64,000 nucleotides of DNA, from NCBI GenBank assembly GCA_963736855.1, contig CAVTQK010000017.1:1-64000 (forward strand). Reading direction: 5' to 3'. Source of the stretch: an uncultured delta proteobacterium. GTDB lineage: Bacteria; Desulfobacterota; Desulfobacteria; Desulfobacterales; UBA2156. The first letter of the stretch is position 1, and every line of letters starts with the position of its first letter. Under the pieces are notes generated by a model, which saw only the letters and a list, made by a program, of their open reading frames with translations, did not search any database and had not been told where the DNA came from. Made by a program: the position numbers and the translations under genes. Below, one piece after another: positions 30,102 through 40,389 of the stretch.

Positions 30102-30506
30102 ATCTTTGGGTCCGGGCCAGAAATGAGGATTCCAGGCAACTTCCCACAAATGTCCATCAGGATCAGAGAAGTATCCGGAATAGCCGCCCCAAAACACATC
30201 CTGAGCAGGCTTGATAAGCTTTCCACCGGACTTAACCGCTTGATCAAGGACGTCCCTGACTTCCTCTTGACTGGATACCACGTGGGCCAGTGTAATCCCT
30301 CGAAATCCTGAACCATTTGCAGTAACATGGACATCTTCAGCAAGCGCATTCCAGGGATACAACGACAGCCATGAGCCATTCAGCAGGAAAAAGGCGGCAC
30401 TCCCTTCAAAAGGCATGCGGGGAAGGCCGAGTCCATTTTCGTAAAACCGAATGGCTTTTTCCATATCGTTAACGCCCAGCGTGACCATATTGATACGCGG
30501 TTGCAT
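30075..30506 (-). CDS. VOC/glyoxalase family protein
   Basis: VTLGVNDMEKAIRFY and FWGGYSGYFSDPDGHLWEVAWNP. Confidence 0.92.
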   Translation of the reverse strand: MQPRINMVTLGVNDMEKAIRFYENGLGLPRMPFEGSAAFFLLNGSWLSLYPWNALAEDVHVTANGSGFRGITLAHVVSSQEEVRDVLDQAVKSGGKLIKPAQDVFWGGYSGYFSDPDGHLWEVAWNPHFWPGPKDDEIVKTQN

Positions 30507-30825
30507 AGTTCATCTCCTTTGGACCTGAGGATTATCAGGTCTATCATCTCTGATTATCCGGAAAAATATTTTAAGGACAACTTTCATGGAACCCCTCCAT
30601 TGAGCACATTTCATGATGCTCATGGCGGGGAGTTACCCTTCCATCTAATGCATCTTCAGGAACAATCTAATATTAGCATTAAATAAGTACTCATGTCAAT
30701 AGGAAGGGCGTCATCGGGAACAGGGGATATGAAGAAGGGTTGCCGTTGCGCTGTGTTATTCCATCGATGAGATTCGCTTTCCTATATTCGAGGTAAAAAA
30801 AGTCTATCAAAACGGTTGATAAAAG

Positions 30826-30854
30826 TTGATTTCAAAATACTAAAAAATTATACT
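30826..30854 (+). promoter_or_regulatory. Putative sigma70 promoter of nfnAB
   Basis: TTGATT-17 bp-TATACT in an AT-rich intergenic region. Confidence 0.55.
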
Positions 30855-30942
30855 AACATCTTTGAATGTTAAAGACTTTTATTTTGATTAAAAAAAGTCT
30901 AAAAGCACAGCCGTGTGCAAAATATCGTCAGGAGGATAGATC

Positions 30943-31770
30943 ATGTTTAAAATAGTCAAGCGCGAGGAAATGTCGAGCGGCACGGTGATTCTCAATGAAA
31001 TCGAGGCGCCCCTCATCGCTAAAAAGGCCAAACCCGGACAGTTCGTCATCCTCAAGGCCAATGAGACCGGCGAGCGGATTCCGCTCACTATGGCGGACGC
31101 GGATCCGGAAAAAGGCACCATCACCGTTATTTATATGGTGGTTGGAAAATCCACAGCCCTGTTCAAGACCTTAAAGGTCGGGGATGGATACCAGGACGTC
31201 ATCGGTCCTTTGGGAAAAGCCACCCATCTGGAAAAAGTCGGAACGGTGGTCTGCGTCGGCGGCGGCACAGGGATCGCGGTATTGTATCCCATCACAAGAG
31301 GGCTCAAGCAGATCGGGAATCGCATCATCAGCATCATCGGCGCCCGCAGTAAAGACATCCTCATCCTGGAAGACCGGATGCGGGCGGTTTCAGATGAATT
31401 GTATCCATGCACCGACGACGGGTCTTACGGGCATCATGGATTTGTTACGGAAGTTCTGAAAGAGGTCCTTAAAAAGCAGAAGGTCAACTTGGTGGTCGCC
31501 ATCGGACCGGTTCCCATGATGAAATTCGTTTCCAAGATCACCAAGGAATTCGAAGTGCCCACCATCGTCAGCCTAAACCCCATCATGGTGGACGGCACCG
31601 GCATGTGCGGCGGATGCCGCGTCAGCATCGGCGGAAAGAACAAGTTCGCCTGCGTGGACGGTCCTGAATTCGACGGCCACCTGGTAGATTACGATGAACT
31701 GATGTTGCGGCTTCAGGCATACTGCGAAGAGGAAAAACGGTGTCATGAGAGTTTCTGCCGGTTGCACTAA
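30943..31770 (+). CDS. nfnA: Electron-bifurcating transhydrogenase small subunit (NfnA/SudB-like)
   Basis: PGQFVIL, ERIPLT, GGGTGIA and DGTGMCGGCRV...ACVDGPEFD ([2Fe-2S]). Confidence 0.9.
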   Translation: MFKIVKREEMSSGTVILNEIEAPLIAKKAKPGQFVILKANETGERIPLTMADADPEKGTITVIYMVVGKSTALFKTLKVGDGYQDVIGPLGKATHLEKVGTVVCVGGGTGIAVLYPITRGLKQIGNRIISIIGARSKDILILEDRMRAVSDELYPCTDDGSYGHHGFVTEVLKEVLKKQKVNLVVAIGPVPMMKFVSKITKEFEVPTIVSLNPIMVDGTGMCGGCRVSIGGKNKFACVDGPEFDGHLVDYDELMLRLQAYCEEEKRCHESFCRLH

Positions 31771-31842
31771 GCCATGTGATCTCAATCCATTTTTTTGTTT
31801 TGGACCCCGAAAGCTGTTTTTAAGGAATCAAGGAGTGATTTG

Positions 31843-33252
31843 ATGGAAGAAAAAGAAAAAAAAAGGAAGATCCCCCGACAACCCATGCCCGAGCAGGATC
31901 CGAAAGTCCGGGCAAGAAATTTTATGGAAGTTCCCCTGGGATACACACCGGAATTGGCCATGATGGAGGCTGAAAGATGTCTTCAATGCAAGAAACCTTC
32001 TTGTGTGGAGGGTTGCCCGGTAAGTGTGGATATCCCCGGCTTTATCCGGCATATCAAAACGGGCGAATTTACCCAGGCCATCCGCAACTTGTGGTCCAAG
32101 AACAGCCTTCCCGCCGTGTGCGGGAGGGTATGCCCCCAGGAGATCCAGTGCGAAGGATCTTGCATTCTCGGGAAGAAGGAAGCCCCGGTGGCCATCGGGA
32201 ATCTGGAACGGTTTGCAGCGGATCATGAGCGGGCCCACGGGACCGGTGAATTGCCGCCCAAGGCTGCGCCTACCGGAAAGAAAGTGGCGGTTGTAGGTTC
32301 CGGACCTTCCGGACTCACTGTCGCCGGGGACCTGATCGTCAAGGGTCATGAAGTCATCGTTCTGGAGGCGTTCCATAAGCCGGGCGGGGTTCTCGTTTAC
32401 GGAATTCCGGAATTCCGCCTTCCGAAAGAAATCGTGGCCCAGGAAGTCAATTTTCTGGAGCGCCTGGGAGTCAAGGTGGAATGCAACGCCGTTGTCGGAC
32501 GCACCATAACCCTGGATGAGCTTTTCGAACAGGGATATGATGCAATTTACATCGGTGTGGGTGCCGGTCTGCCGAAATTCTTGAACGTCCCCGGAGAAAA
32601 CCTGGTCGGAATCCTGTCGGCCAATGAGTACCTGACCCGGGCGAACCTCATGAAAGCCTACCTTTTTCCGGAAGTGGATACGCCCATCCCCCGGGGCAAG
32701 AACGTCATCGTCCTGGGCGGCGGGAATGTGGCCATGGACTCGGCGCGAACCGCCATGCGGCTGGGTGCGGACAGCGTGCGGATCGTGTATCGTCGGTCCA
32801 AAGCCGAACTTCCTGCAAGGGCGGCGGAAGTTCATCACGGCGAGGAAGAGGGGATCGAATTTTTCTTTCTGACCAACCCGACCCGGTACCTGGGAAACGA
32901 GAAGGGCCGGCTGGTCGGCATGGAATGCCTGAAAATGGAATTGGGCGAGCCCGATGCTTCCGGTCGGCGACGTCCTATCCCCATCAAGGGATCCGAGTTC
33001 ACTATGGAGTGTGACCTGGTGGTGGTGGCGGTGGGATCCGGGGCCAATCCGCTGCTGACGAGTTCCACTCCGGACATGACTCTCAACAAATGGGGGTATA
33101 TCCAGGCCGATCCGGAAGACGGTAAAACGACGAAAAGGGGGGTGTGGGCCGGCGGCGATATCGTCACCGGCGCGGCCACCGTCATCCTGGCCATGGGTGC
33201 AGGCCGGAAAGCCGCAGACTCAATTCATAAATACCTGACCTGGGGCTGGTAG
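31843..33252 (+). CDS. nfnB: Electron-bifurcating transhydrogenase large subunit (NfnB/SudA, GltD-like)
   Basis: EAERCLQCKKPSCVEGCPV, CGRVCPQE.QCE, GSGPSG, GGGNVAMD and GGDIVTGAATVILAMGAG. Paired with nfnA, with no gltB adjacent. Confidence 0.9.
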   Translation: MEEKEKKRKIPRQPMPEQDPKVRARNFMEVPLGYTPELAMMEAERCLQCKKPSCVEGCPVSVDIPGFIRHIKTGEFTQAIRNLWSKNSLPAVCGRVCPQEIQCEGSCILGKKEAPVAIGNLERFAADHERAHGTGELPPKAAPTGKKVAVVGSGPSGLTVAGDLIVKGHEVIVLEAFHKPGGVLVYGIPEFRLPKEIVAQEVNFLERLGVKVECNAVVGRTITLDELFEQGYDAIYIGVGAGLPKFLNVPGENLVGILSANEYLTRANLMKAYLFPEVDTPIPRGKNVIVLGGGNVAMDSARTAMRLGADSVRIVYRRSKAELPARAAEVHHGEEEGIEFFFLTNPTRYLGNEKGRLVGMECLKMELGEPDASGRRRPIPIKGSEFTMECDLVVVAVGSGANPLLTSSTPDMTLNKWGYIQADPEDGKTTKRGVWAGGDIVTGAATVILAMGAGRKAADSIHKYLTWGW

Positions 33253-33334
33253 GCCCAGATTTTAGAGGAGAGTTACACGCCCGCCATCGACTGTATTTGA
33301 CAGGGCGATGGCGGCGCGCTATTTATATTAATAT

Positions 33335-33430
33335 TTTTCATTGGGGGAGTTGAGTCCCATCAGCTGAGAGGAGGCTTGCCGCCTCGACCCCTTGAACCTG
33401 ATCCGGATCATGCCGGCGTAGGGAAAATGA
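33335..33430 (+). ncRNA. TPP riboswitch
   Basis: GGGGAG...GCTGAGA...GACCC.TTGAACCTGATCCGGATCATGCCGGCGTAGGGAA, upstream of a thiamine-precursor transporter. Confidence 0.95.
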
Positions 33431-33505
33431 CCTCAAACCACATCGTTTTCATTCCTTTCCCCCCCACCGCCGCTGATCCTTGCTATCGCAACTCTTTGCT
33501 TTGGA

Positions 33506-34324
33506 TTGTATGAGATGACGGTCGATTCAGGCCGATACCGGTCGGTACACGGGTCGTCTTTAAATGGATCCCCCGGGATTCCTGACCTTGCCCCCGGGAT
33601 CTTCCTCGAAAATGTCTCCTTCGCATATGCTGAAAAGGAGATTTTCCGGGGTTTGAATTTCACCGTTGAAGGGGGTTTATGGACCTGCCTCATCGGCCCC
33701 AGCGGTTGCGGCAAGTCGACACTGTTAAGGATCATTTCAGGAACTCTTCGGGAAGGTCTCACCGGGAGCATTCGATTCGGCAGTTTCACACGGCAGGAGG
33801 GACTCACGGCCTGGATGGCTCAGAAAGACCTCCTTTTACCCTGGTTGACCGTTTTGGAGAATGTCTGCCTGGGGGCACGCTTAAGAGGGGAGCTGACGGA
33901 GGAAAAGCGCTACAAGGCTATGGAACTTCTCAAAGATGCCGGGTTGGCCGGGTATGCCAAGGCGCTTCCCTCTCGGATGTCCGGGGGAATGCGGCAACGT
34001 GCGGCACTGCTGCGGACCCTGATGGAAGAGAGGCCGGTGATCCTGATGGATGAACCCTTTTCAGCCCTCGATGCCTTGACAAGGCTCAAGCTCCAGGATC
34101 TGGCAGCGGAGCTGGTGCGGGGAAAGACGGTCCTGATGGTCACCCATGATCCTCTGGAGGCTTTGCGTCTGGGACATCGGATTCATGTCATGCAGGAGAG
34201 CCTGGGGCGGCTGAGCCGGGCAATCATTCCCCCAGGCACGCCGCCACGCAAGACGGGCGATCCGGCTATGGCCTCTCTGCAGGAACATTTGCTGAGTATG
34301 CTGGAAGGGAAGGAATCCGCATGA
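33506..34324 (+). CDS. ABC transporter ATP-binding protein (ThiZ-like, HMP/thiamine precursor uptake)
   Basis: GPSGCGKST, MSGGMRQR and MDEPFSALD. Downstream of the TPP riboswitch. Start uncertain. Confidence 0.85.
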   Translation: MYEMTVDSGRYRSVHGSSLNGSPGIPDLAPGIFLENVSFAYAEKEIFRGLNFTVEGGLWTCLIGPSGCGKSTLLRIISGTLREGLTGSIRFGSFTRQEGLTAWMAQKDLLLPWLTVLENVCLGARLRGELTEEKRYKAMELLKDAGLAGYAKALPSRMSGGMRQRAALLRTLMEERPVILMDEPFSALDALTRLKLQDLAAELVRGKTVLMVTHDPLEALRLGHRIHVMQESLGRLSRAIIPPGTPPRKTGDPAMASLQEHLLSMLEGKESA

Positions 34325-35082
34325 ACGTGGTGCGCCTTATGGCCGTCGTGGCGGGACTGGTGGTGCTCTGGCAAGGGGTGGTGCTCGTCACAGGGGTTCC
34401 TCACTACATTCTTCCCGGGCCGCATAAGGTGGCGCAGGCTGCGTTGGCACATCAGGGACCGTTGGTGCATCATGCCGGGATCACCCTGGTGGAAATCCTT
34501 TCCGGTCTTTTCCTGGGCACCTTCGTGGGAGTCTCGAGTGCCCTTTCCATGATCGCTTCCCGCAGCCTCAAGCGCTGGCTGCTACCGATTCTGGTAATCA
34601 GCCAGGCCATCCCTGTTTTTGCCCTGGCCCCCCTTTTGATCCTCTGGTTCGGATACGGCATGCTCTCCAAAGTGGCCATGGCGGTCTTGATCATCTATTT
34701 TCCGATCACCGCCTCCTTTTACTACGGGATGCGCCAAGCCGATCCGGATTGGCTGGAGTTGGCTAAGGTCATGGACGCCAAGCCCATGGCCGTCGTCCGC
34801 CATATCCGGATCCCCGCAGCACTCCCTGCATTGGCCTCGGGATTGCGGGTTGCCGCGGCTACGGCTCCTATCGGAGCGGTGGTAGGAGAATGGGTCGGTT
34901 CCAGCGAAGGCCTTGGATTTTACATGCTGCACACCAACGCCCGGATGCAGATCGACGCCATGTTCGCAGCCCTAACTGCGCTGGCTCTGCTCGCCCTGTC
35001 GCTGTATTTTTTAATCGATTACGCCATGACCCGAATCGTATTTTGGCAAAAAGAAGAAAGAAAGGAGGATTCGAAAACATGA
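34321..35082 (+). CDS. ABC transporter permease (ThiX-like)
   Basis: SQAIPVFALAPLLILWFGYG and GAVVGEWVG..GLG. Confidence 0.88.
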   Translation: MNVVRLMAVVAGLVVLWQGVVLVTGVPHYILPGPHKVAQAALAHQGPLVHHAGITLVEILSGLFLGTFVGVSSALSMIASRSLKRWLLPILVISQAIPVFALAPLLILWFGYGMLSKVAMAVLIIYFPITASFYYGMRQADPDWLELAKVMDAKPMAVVRHIRIPAALPALASGLRVAAATAPIGAVVGEWVGSSEGLGFYMLHTNARMQIDAMFAALTALALLALSLYFLIDYAMTRIVFWQKEERKEDSKT

Positions 35083-36029
35083 AACCCATGGTTAAAATCG
35101 GGGTAATGCTCTTTATGCTTTTAGGATTATGGGGCCTTCATCCGGCGCGGGGTTCGGAAGCATTGACGGTGGTGCTCGATTGGTTCATCAACCCGGATCA
35201 CGCCGGACTGATCGTGGCGAAAGAAAAGGGCTTTTTTGAAAAAAACGGTTTATCGGTCCGGTTTCAGATTCCTTCGAATCCAAACGACCCCCCCAAGCTG
35301 GTGGCGGCAGGGAAGGCGGACATCGCGGTATCCTATCAGCCCCAACACCATCTTCATGTGGACCAGGGGCTTCCGCTGGTGCGTTTTGCCACGTTGGTGG
35401 CAACGCCTTTAAATGCCCTCGTGGTCCTGGCGGACGGGAAAATCAAGGATATCGCGGATCTGAAAGGCAAAAGGATCGGGTATTCCATCGGCGGGTTCGA
35501 GACGGTCCTTTTGAAAACCATGCTGGCACGATATGGTCTGTCGCTTTCGGATGTAACCCTCATCAATGTCAATTTTTCGTTGTCACCTTCCCTTTTTTCC
35601 GGGGCCACAGACGCGGTCATCGGCGCTTTCCGCAACTTCGAGCTGAATCAAATGGAAATCGAAGGAAGGCCGGGCCGGGCGTTTTTCGTGGAAGAACACG
35701 GCATCCCGCCCTATGATGAGCTGATCCTGGTGGCCCACCGCAAAGCTCTTTCAGATCCCAGGCTGCGTCGATTCGTGGATGCCCTGGAGGTCGGGGTCCA
35801 GTTTCTGATCAATCATCCCCAAGAAAGCTGGGAACTGTTTATAAAGAACCGGAAGGATCTGGATGATGAATTGAACCGCAGGGCCTGGCGCGACACTCTG
35901 CCCAGATTCGCGCTTCGGCCGGGCGCTCTGGATCGGATGCGCTATGTGCGCTTTGCCCAGTTTGCCAAGGACAACGGCCTGATCAAAAGCATTCAGACCC
36001 TCGAGACTTACGCCGTGGAGCTTCCCTGA
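35079..36029 (+). CDS. ABC transporter substrate-binding protein (ThiY/NMT1-like)
   Basis: Signal peptide, then LDWFINPDHA, ADIAVSYQP and GAFRNFE. Start set to the ATG at 35079. Confidence 0.9.
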   Translation: MKPMVKIGVMLFMLLGLWGLHPARGSEALTVVLDWFINPDHAGLIVAKEKGFFEKNGLSVRFQIPSNPNDPPKLVAAGKADIAVSYQPQHHLHVDQGLPLVRFATLVATPLNALVVLADGKIKDIADLKGKRIGYSIGGFETVLLKTMLARYGLSLSDVTLINVNFSLSPSLFSGATDAVIGAFRNFELNQMEIEGRPGRAFFVEEHGIPPYDELILVAHRKALSDPRLRRFVDALEVGVQFLINHPQESWELFIKNRKDLDDELNRRAWRDTLPRFALRPGALDRMRYVRFAQFAKDNGLIKSIQTLETYAVELP

Positions 36030-36076
36030 ACCGAGGGGGGTGGTAGAGACCTTCTCTCGAAAGATACCTCGCTGGA

Positions 36077-36883
36077 TCAGGAAAGGCCGGCTTTGGCATA
36101 AAGTGCATAGAAGTGATGGGTGGGCCCGCACCCCTTTCCGATGGAAAGGGCGTTTTCGATGGCCCCGGTCACATATTCCTTAGCGGATTTCACGGCGTCG
36201 AAGAAGTCTTTCCCCTGGGCAAGAAATGCCGCCACGGCCGAGGAAAAGGTGCAGCCGGTGCCATGGGTGTTATGGGTGAAGACTCTCCGATGGGTCAGCT
36301 CCATAAAACGATTGCCGTCAAAAATGACGTCCGTGGCATAATCTCCGCCCATGTGTCCGCCCTTGACCACAACCTTTTTGGCTCCCTTTTCGAAGATCTG
36401 CCGGGCGGCCGAACGCATGGTTTCCACATCCAGGATCTCTTTTCCCACTAGGGCCTGGGCCTCGTGAACGTTGGGTGTGACCACATCGGCTAAAGGAAAG
36501 AGGTTTCGGATCAGAGCCTGCTGGGCATCTTCCTTTAGAAGGCGGTATCCGCTTTTTGACATCATCACCGGGTCGAGGACCACGGGGGGGCATTTGATTC
36601 CGTTGAGCGCCCATGCGACGGCTTCGATGAGGGGGATGCTGCCGACCATCCCGATTTTCACGGCGTGGATCTCAATGTCGTCGAAAAGGCACCGGATCTG
36701 ATCATAAACCACCTGGGGCCGCATTTCCTGGATGTCATAAACCTTGATGGTGTTTTGAACCGTCACCGCGGTGATGGCGCTCATCCCGAAGACTCCGAGG
36801 GCCTGAAAGGTCTTCAAGTCTGCCTGGATTCCAGCGCCGCCGGATGAATCCGAGCCTGCGATCGTCAGGGCTACTTTCATCAC
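36077..36883 (-). CDS. thiD: Hydroxymethylpyrimidine/phosphomethylpyrimidine kinase
   Basis: [32 protein letters not shown] and THGTGCT. Confidence 0.96.
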   Translation of the reverse strand: MMKVALTIAGSDSSGGAGIQADLKTFQALGVFGMSAITAVTVQNTIKVYDIQEMRPQVVYDQIRCLFDDIEIHAVKIGMVGSIPLIEAVAWALNGIKCPPVVLDPVMMSKSGYRLLKEDAQQALIRNLFPLADVVTPNVHEAQALVGKEILDVETMRSAARQIFEKGAKKVVVKGGHMGGDYATDVIFDGNRFMELTHRRVFTHNTHGTGCTFSSAVAAFLAQGKDFFDAVKSAKEYVTGAIENALSIGKGCGPTHHFYALYAKAGLS

Positions 36884-36895
36884 TCACCTTCCTTT

Positions 36896-37465
36896 TTATT
36901 CCAACCGAATTCCATCAAATTGAAGGGCCCATTCCCGAAATCGGTTCCATTGAGTGTCTCCTATGGCTTTCAAGCTCTTTTCGATTTCTTCAAAGGTCTT
37001 ATGTTGGCCTTCCGGGGCTCCGTTTTTGGAATGAAATTTGTCTGCGTAACAGATTATTTCCTCTTCCAGAGTCACGGGTCGCATGTCCCGTTCGGGGAGG
37101 GGGAGGTTGAATTGTCGAATATCCTCCAAGGATATGCCCACCCCCACATGCCGTTCGCAGACAAGGCCGTGTTTGGGAAACCCCATGGCGCAAAGAATCT
37201 GATTTCCCAGGTACCCGTGGCAGACGTACGGGTATGAGCCGATGCATCCCAGTTTCGGCGTATCGGTCAAAAAGATGCCGATGTCGTGGAGCATGGCTGC
37301 CTCTTCGATGAATTCAAGGTCGAGGTTTTCTGAGGCGATCCCGAGCGTTGCAATCTCTATGGCCTTTTCGGCTACCGCCTTCCCGTGGCATATCAGTATC
37401 TCGTAACATTGCGAGCCGGGTGCGAAATAGTGCTCGATGATTTCCAGCGGATGAATCCCCATCAA
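36896..37465 (-). CDS. HD-domain phosphohydrolase
   Basis: H...[15 protein letters not shown] and ICYADKF. Confidence 0.88.
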   Translation of the reverse strand: MMGIHPLEIIEHYFAPGSQCYEILICHGKAVAEKAIEIATLGIASENLDLEFIEEAAMLHDIGIFLTDTPKLGCIGSYPYVCHGYLGNQILCAMGFPKHGLVCERHVGVGISLEDIRQFNLPLPERDMRPVTLEEEIICYADKFHSKNGAPEGQHKTFEEIEKSLKAIGDTQWNRFREWALQFDGIRLE

Positions 37466-37483
37466 CGACCATCCTCACTTGAA

Positions 37484-38591
37484 CTAATGCGCTTTTTGCT
37501 TCAGTAAAACGCCCTCGATGAACGGATCGATGTTGCCGTCCAGCACACTGGTCACGTTTCCCACCTCCATGTTGATCCGGTGGTCCTTGACCAGTTGGTA
37601 AGGGTGCAGCACATAGGAGCGGATCTGATTTCCCCAGGCGATCTCATCCTTGCTTTCGTGGATTTCTCTGAGTTTTTCATTCTGCTTTTCTTTTTCGTGC
37701 TGGTAGAGTCTGGCCCGGAGCACTTTCATGGCCAGGTCCTTGTTACGGAACTGGGATTTTTCCTGCTGGCACTGTACCACGATACCGGTGGGAAGGTGTG
37801 TGATGCGGACTGCACTGCTGGTCTTGTTCACATGCTGGCCGCCGGCGCCGCTGGCCCGAAATACATCGATGCGCAGGTCTTTTTCTTCGATATCGATGAC
37901 GATTTCATCTTCAACGTCCGGATAGACAAAGACCGAGGCAAATGAAGTATGACGCTTCCCGCTGGCATTGAACGGCGAGATCCGTACCAGACGGTGGACG
38001 CCGGTCTCGGTTTTAAGGTACCCGTAGGCGTATTCCCCGGAAGCGGTGAAAGTCACGCTCTTGATGCCGGCTTCTTCTCCCGGTTGCATATCGATCAATT
38101 CGAGTTTGAAACCTTTGCCTTCGATCCAACGCGAGTACATGCGAAACAGCATCTCCGCCCAGTCCTGGGCTTCTGTGCCGCCGGCGCCGGCGTTGATGGA
38201 AACGATCGCATGGTTTGGATCCTCCTCTCCGTTGAGGATCACCGTGATGGAAAAATCCTTCACTTTTTTCTTGAGCAGGCCCACCTGGAGGGAGACTTCT
38301 TCTACGATTTCGGCGTCGGACTCTTCCTCTGCCATGTCGAGCAAGAGCACACTTTCATCGGTGGCTGTGGAAAGTGTTTTGTGAGCTTCGATCTGCTGGG
38401 TGATTTGGGCCCGTTCTTTTAACAGAGGTTTGGCTTTTGTCGGATCATCCCAGAAATTTACTTTGGAAATGACGATTTCGATTTCCTGCAGGCGTTTTTC
38501 TTTTCCGGCGATGTCAAAGAAAGTCTCCCAGCTGGTGCAACTGGGTTTGAAGCTCTTTGAGATCCTGTTTGATTTCAATGGTCATGGTCAT
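37484..38591 (-). CDS. prfB: Peptide chain release factor 2, with programmed +1 frameshift
   Basis: GGQ and SPF motifs. The ATG at 38591 follows AGGAGG and reads 25 codons to CTT TGA C (38519-38513), after which the +1 frame continues as DIAGKEKRL. Confidence 0.96.
38513..38530 (-). promoter_or_regulatory. prfB autoregulatory +1 frameshift site
   Basis: Minus strand GGGAGAC TTT CTT TGA C: an SD-like element followed by the canonical CUU UGA C shift site. Confidence 0.92.
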
Positions 38592-38604
38592 ATCCTCCTA
38601 TTCA

Positions 38605-40176
38605 TCAGGTTCTTTTTTGTCTGAGGCCCGCTGTCGCGGCAACGATTCCGGCGCAGGCCAACGGGAACCAGTCTCCCAGGCGGTTATAGAGGGTCCCTTC
38701 ATTCATTAACGGTACTTCCCGGGTCAAGACGGCCTCCTGAAAAAGCGGTGTTTGGGCCGTTATCCGGCCCACAGGATCGATGAAGCCGCTGATTCCGGTA
38801 TTGGCACTGCGCACCAGAGAGCGGCGGTTTTCAACCGCCCTGAACACCGACATAAGGAAGTGTTGGTGCGGCGCGCTGGTGTCTCCATACCATGCGTCGT
38901 TGGTGAGGTTGATGAGCACCTGAGCCCCGTTTTTCGCCATAGCCCTTGAAAGGTACGGGAAAATGATCTCATAGCAGATCAACGTCCCCAGAGGTCTGCC
39001 GCTCCAATCGATGACCGCCCCTTTTTCCCCGGCAGTAAAATCTCCCACATGGGCCACCATCTTGCCCAAAAACGGGATCCATCGCTTCAACGGCACATAC
39101 TCGCCGTAGGGAACGAGATGAGCCTTATCGTATCGGCCAAAAACGCTCCCTTTAGAATCGATAAGGTAAGCTCTGTTAAAATATCCGATCCGTCCGCCTT
39201 TGGGTTCATAGGCCGGGCTTCCGATCATAAAGTCGCATTTGAAATCCCGGATTCCCTTTAATACGGTGAGTGAAAGTTCAGCATCCTGGAGAAAATAAAA
39301 GGGCGTCGCTGTTTCCGGCCACACCACCAGATCCGGGTTCTGTTCCTGCGCCCTTCGGGTCAGGTTAAGATATTTCTGAACTGAAGCCGCCTGATATAGC
39401 GGGTCCCATTTCAATGTTTGTTCGATATTGCCCTGCACCACGGCGATCCGCGCTTTCTTTGCTCGGGCAACTTCGAAAGCGACTTGCCGGATACGCAGTT
39501 CCCCATAGATCCAGCTCAGGACGATCAAAAGGATTGCCCATATAACAACGCCTCCGGAAAACCAGGGGTTTGAATTAAGGCGCCGCGTCCGGGACAGATA
39601 CAGGCAAAAGATGGCTGCATTGAAAGACAGGATCAAAAAGGAAACCCCGTATACTCCTAATATATCGGATATCTGAATCAAATGCAACCATTTCACCTGA
39701 GAATAGCCCAGAATCTCCCAGGGAAAGCCGGTAAACAGGGTGGATCGAAGATACTCCAGAAACACCCAGAGACCTGGAACTCCGGCAAGGAGTGAAAATG
39801 AACGTAAAGGGAGTCGGGTGACAGTTCCTGCAAAGATGGCTGGAAAAAGGGATAAATACGCGCTCAGGAGAATCAGCAGCGGCACGGACATGTACAAAGG
39901 CAAGGGGCCATAACGGACCATGGTGGGAACCAACCAGTAAAGAATCGTCAGATAATGGACCATCCCTGCCAAAAATCCACACCGGAAGCCTTCCCAAAAG
40001 CCCATTCCACGAAGGGCGATAAGCAAAGGAATCAGGGCGATCCAGGCAAGCCCAGAAGCTCCGATATTCGGAAACGAAGCGGTAAGCAACAGCCCGCTTC
40101 CCGTGGCAAGCAGTGCCTGAAAAAAAAACGGTATGGGATGCAGTTCCTTTTTAGATGAAAAAATTCGCTTTTTCAT
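38605..40176 (-). CDS. lnt: Apolipoprotein N-acyltransferase
   Basis: FTGFPW, VQGNI, VWPET, YDKAHLVPYGEY, ICYE, TNDAWY and RSANTGIS. Confidence 0.96.
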   Translation of the reverse strand: MKKRIFSSKKELHPIPFFFQALLATGSGLLLTASFPNIGASGLAWIALIPLLIALRGMGFWEGFRCGFLAGMVHYLTILYWLVPTMVRYGPLPLYMSVPLLILLSAYLSLFPAIFAGTVTRLPLRSFSLLAGVPGLWVFLEYLRSTLFTGFPWEILGYSQVKWLHLIQISDILGVYGVSFLILSFNAAIFCLYLSRTRRLNSNPWFSGGVVIWAILLIVLSWIYGELRIRQVAFEVARAKKARIAVVQGNIEQTLKWDPLYQAASVQKYLNLTRRAQEQNPDLVVWPETATPFYFLQDAELSLTVLKGIRDFKCDFMIGSPAYEPKGGRIGYFNRAYLIDSKGSVFGRYDKAHLVPYGEYVPLKRWIPFLGKMVAHVGDFTAGEKGAVIDWSGRPLGTLICYEIIFPYLSRAMAKNGAQVLINLTNDAWYGDTSAPHQHFLMSVFRAVENRRSLVRSANTGISGFIDPVGRITAQTPLFQEAVLTREVPLMNEGTLYNRLGDWFPLACAGIVAATAGLRQKRT

Positions 40177-40244
40177 GGCAGGGGGTTTCCCCTATGAAGT
40201 AAAAAGGCCCTGGGAAAAGGGCCCTGTCCAATACAAACTCGATA

Positions 40245-40322
<78 letters not shown>

Positions 40323-40389
40323 AATAAGAATCTTTTCCTACCATGATTTTACCGTCCGCGCAAGGTGCAATGATCGACCAGCCACATCG

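Noticed and set aside
29904..30311. 135-aa ORF containing DGFVKSPSAALHCILRHCGV
   Set aside because: It is a translation of the MITE plus antisense VOC sequence and is unlikely to be a real gene.
31843..33252. Glutamate synthase small subunit gltD
   Set aside because: There is no adjacent gltB, and pairing with an NfnA-type gene indicates NfnB.
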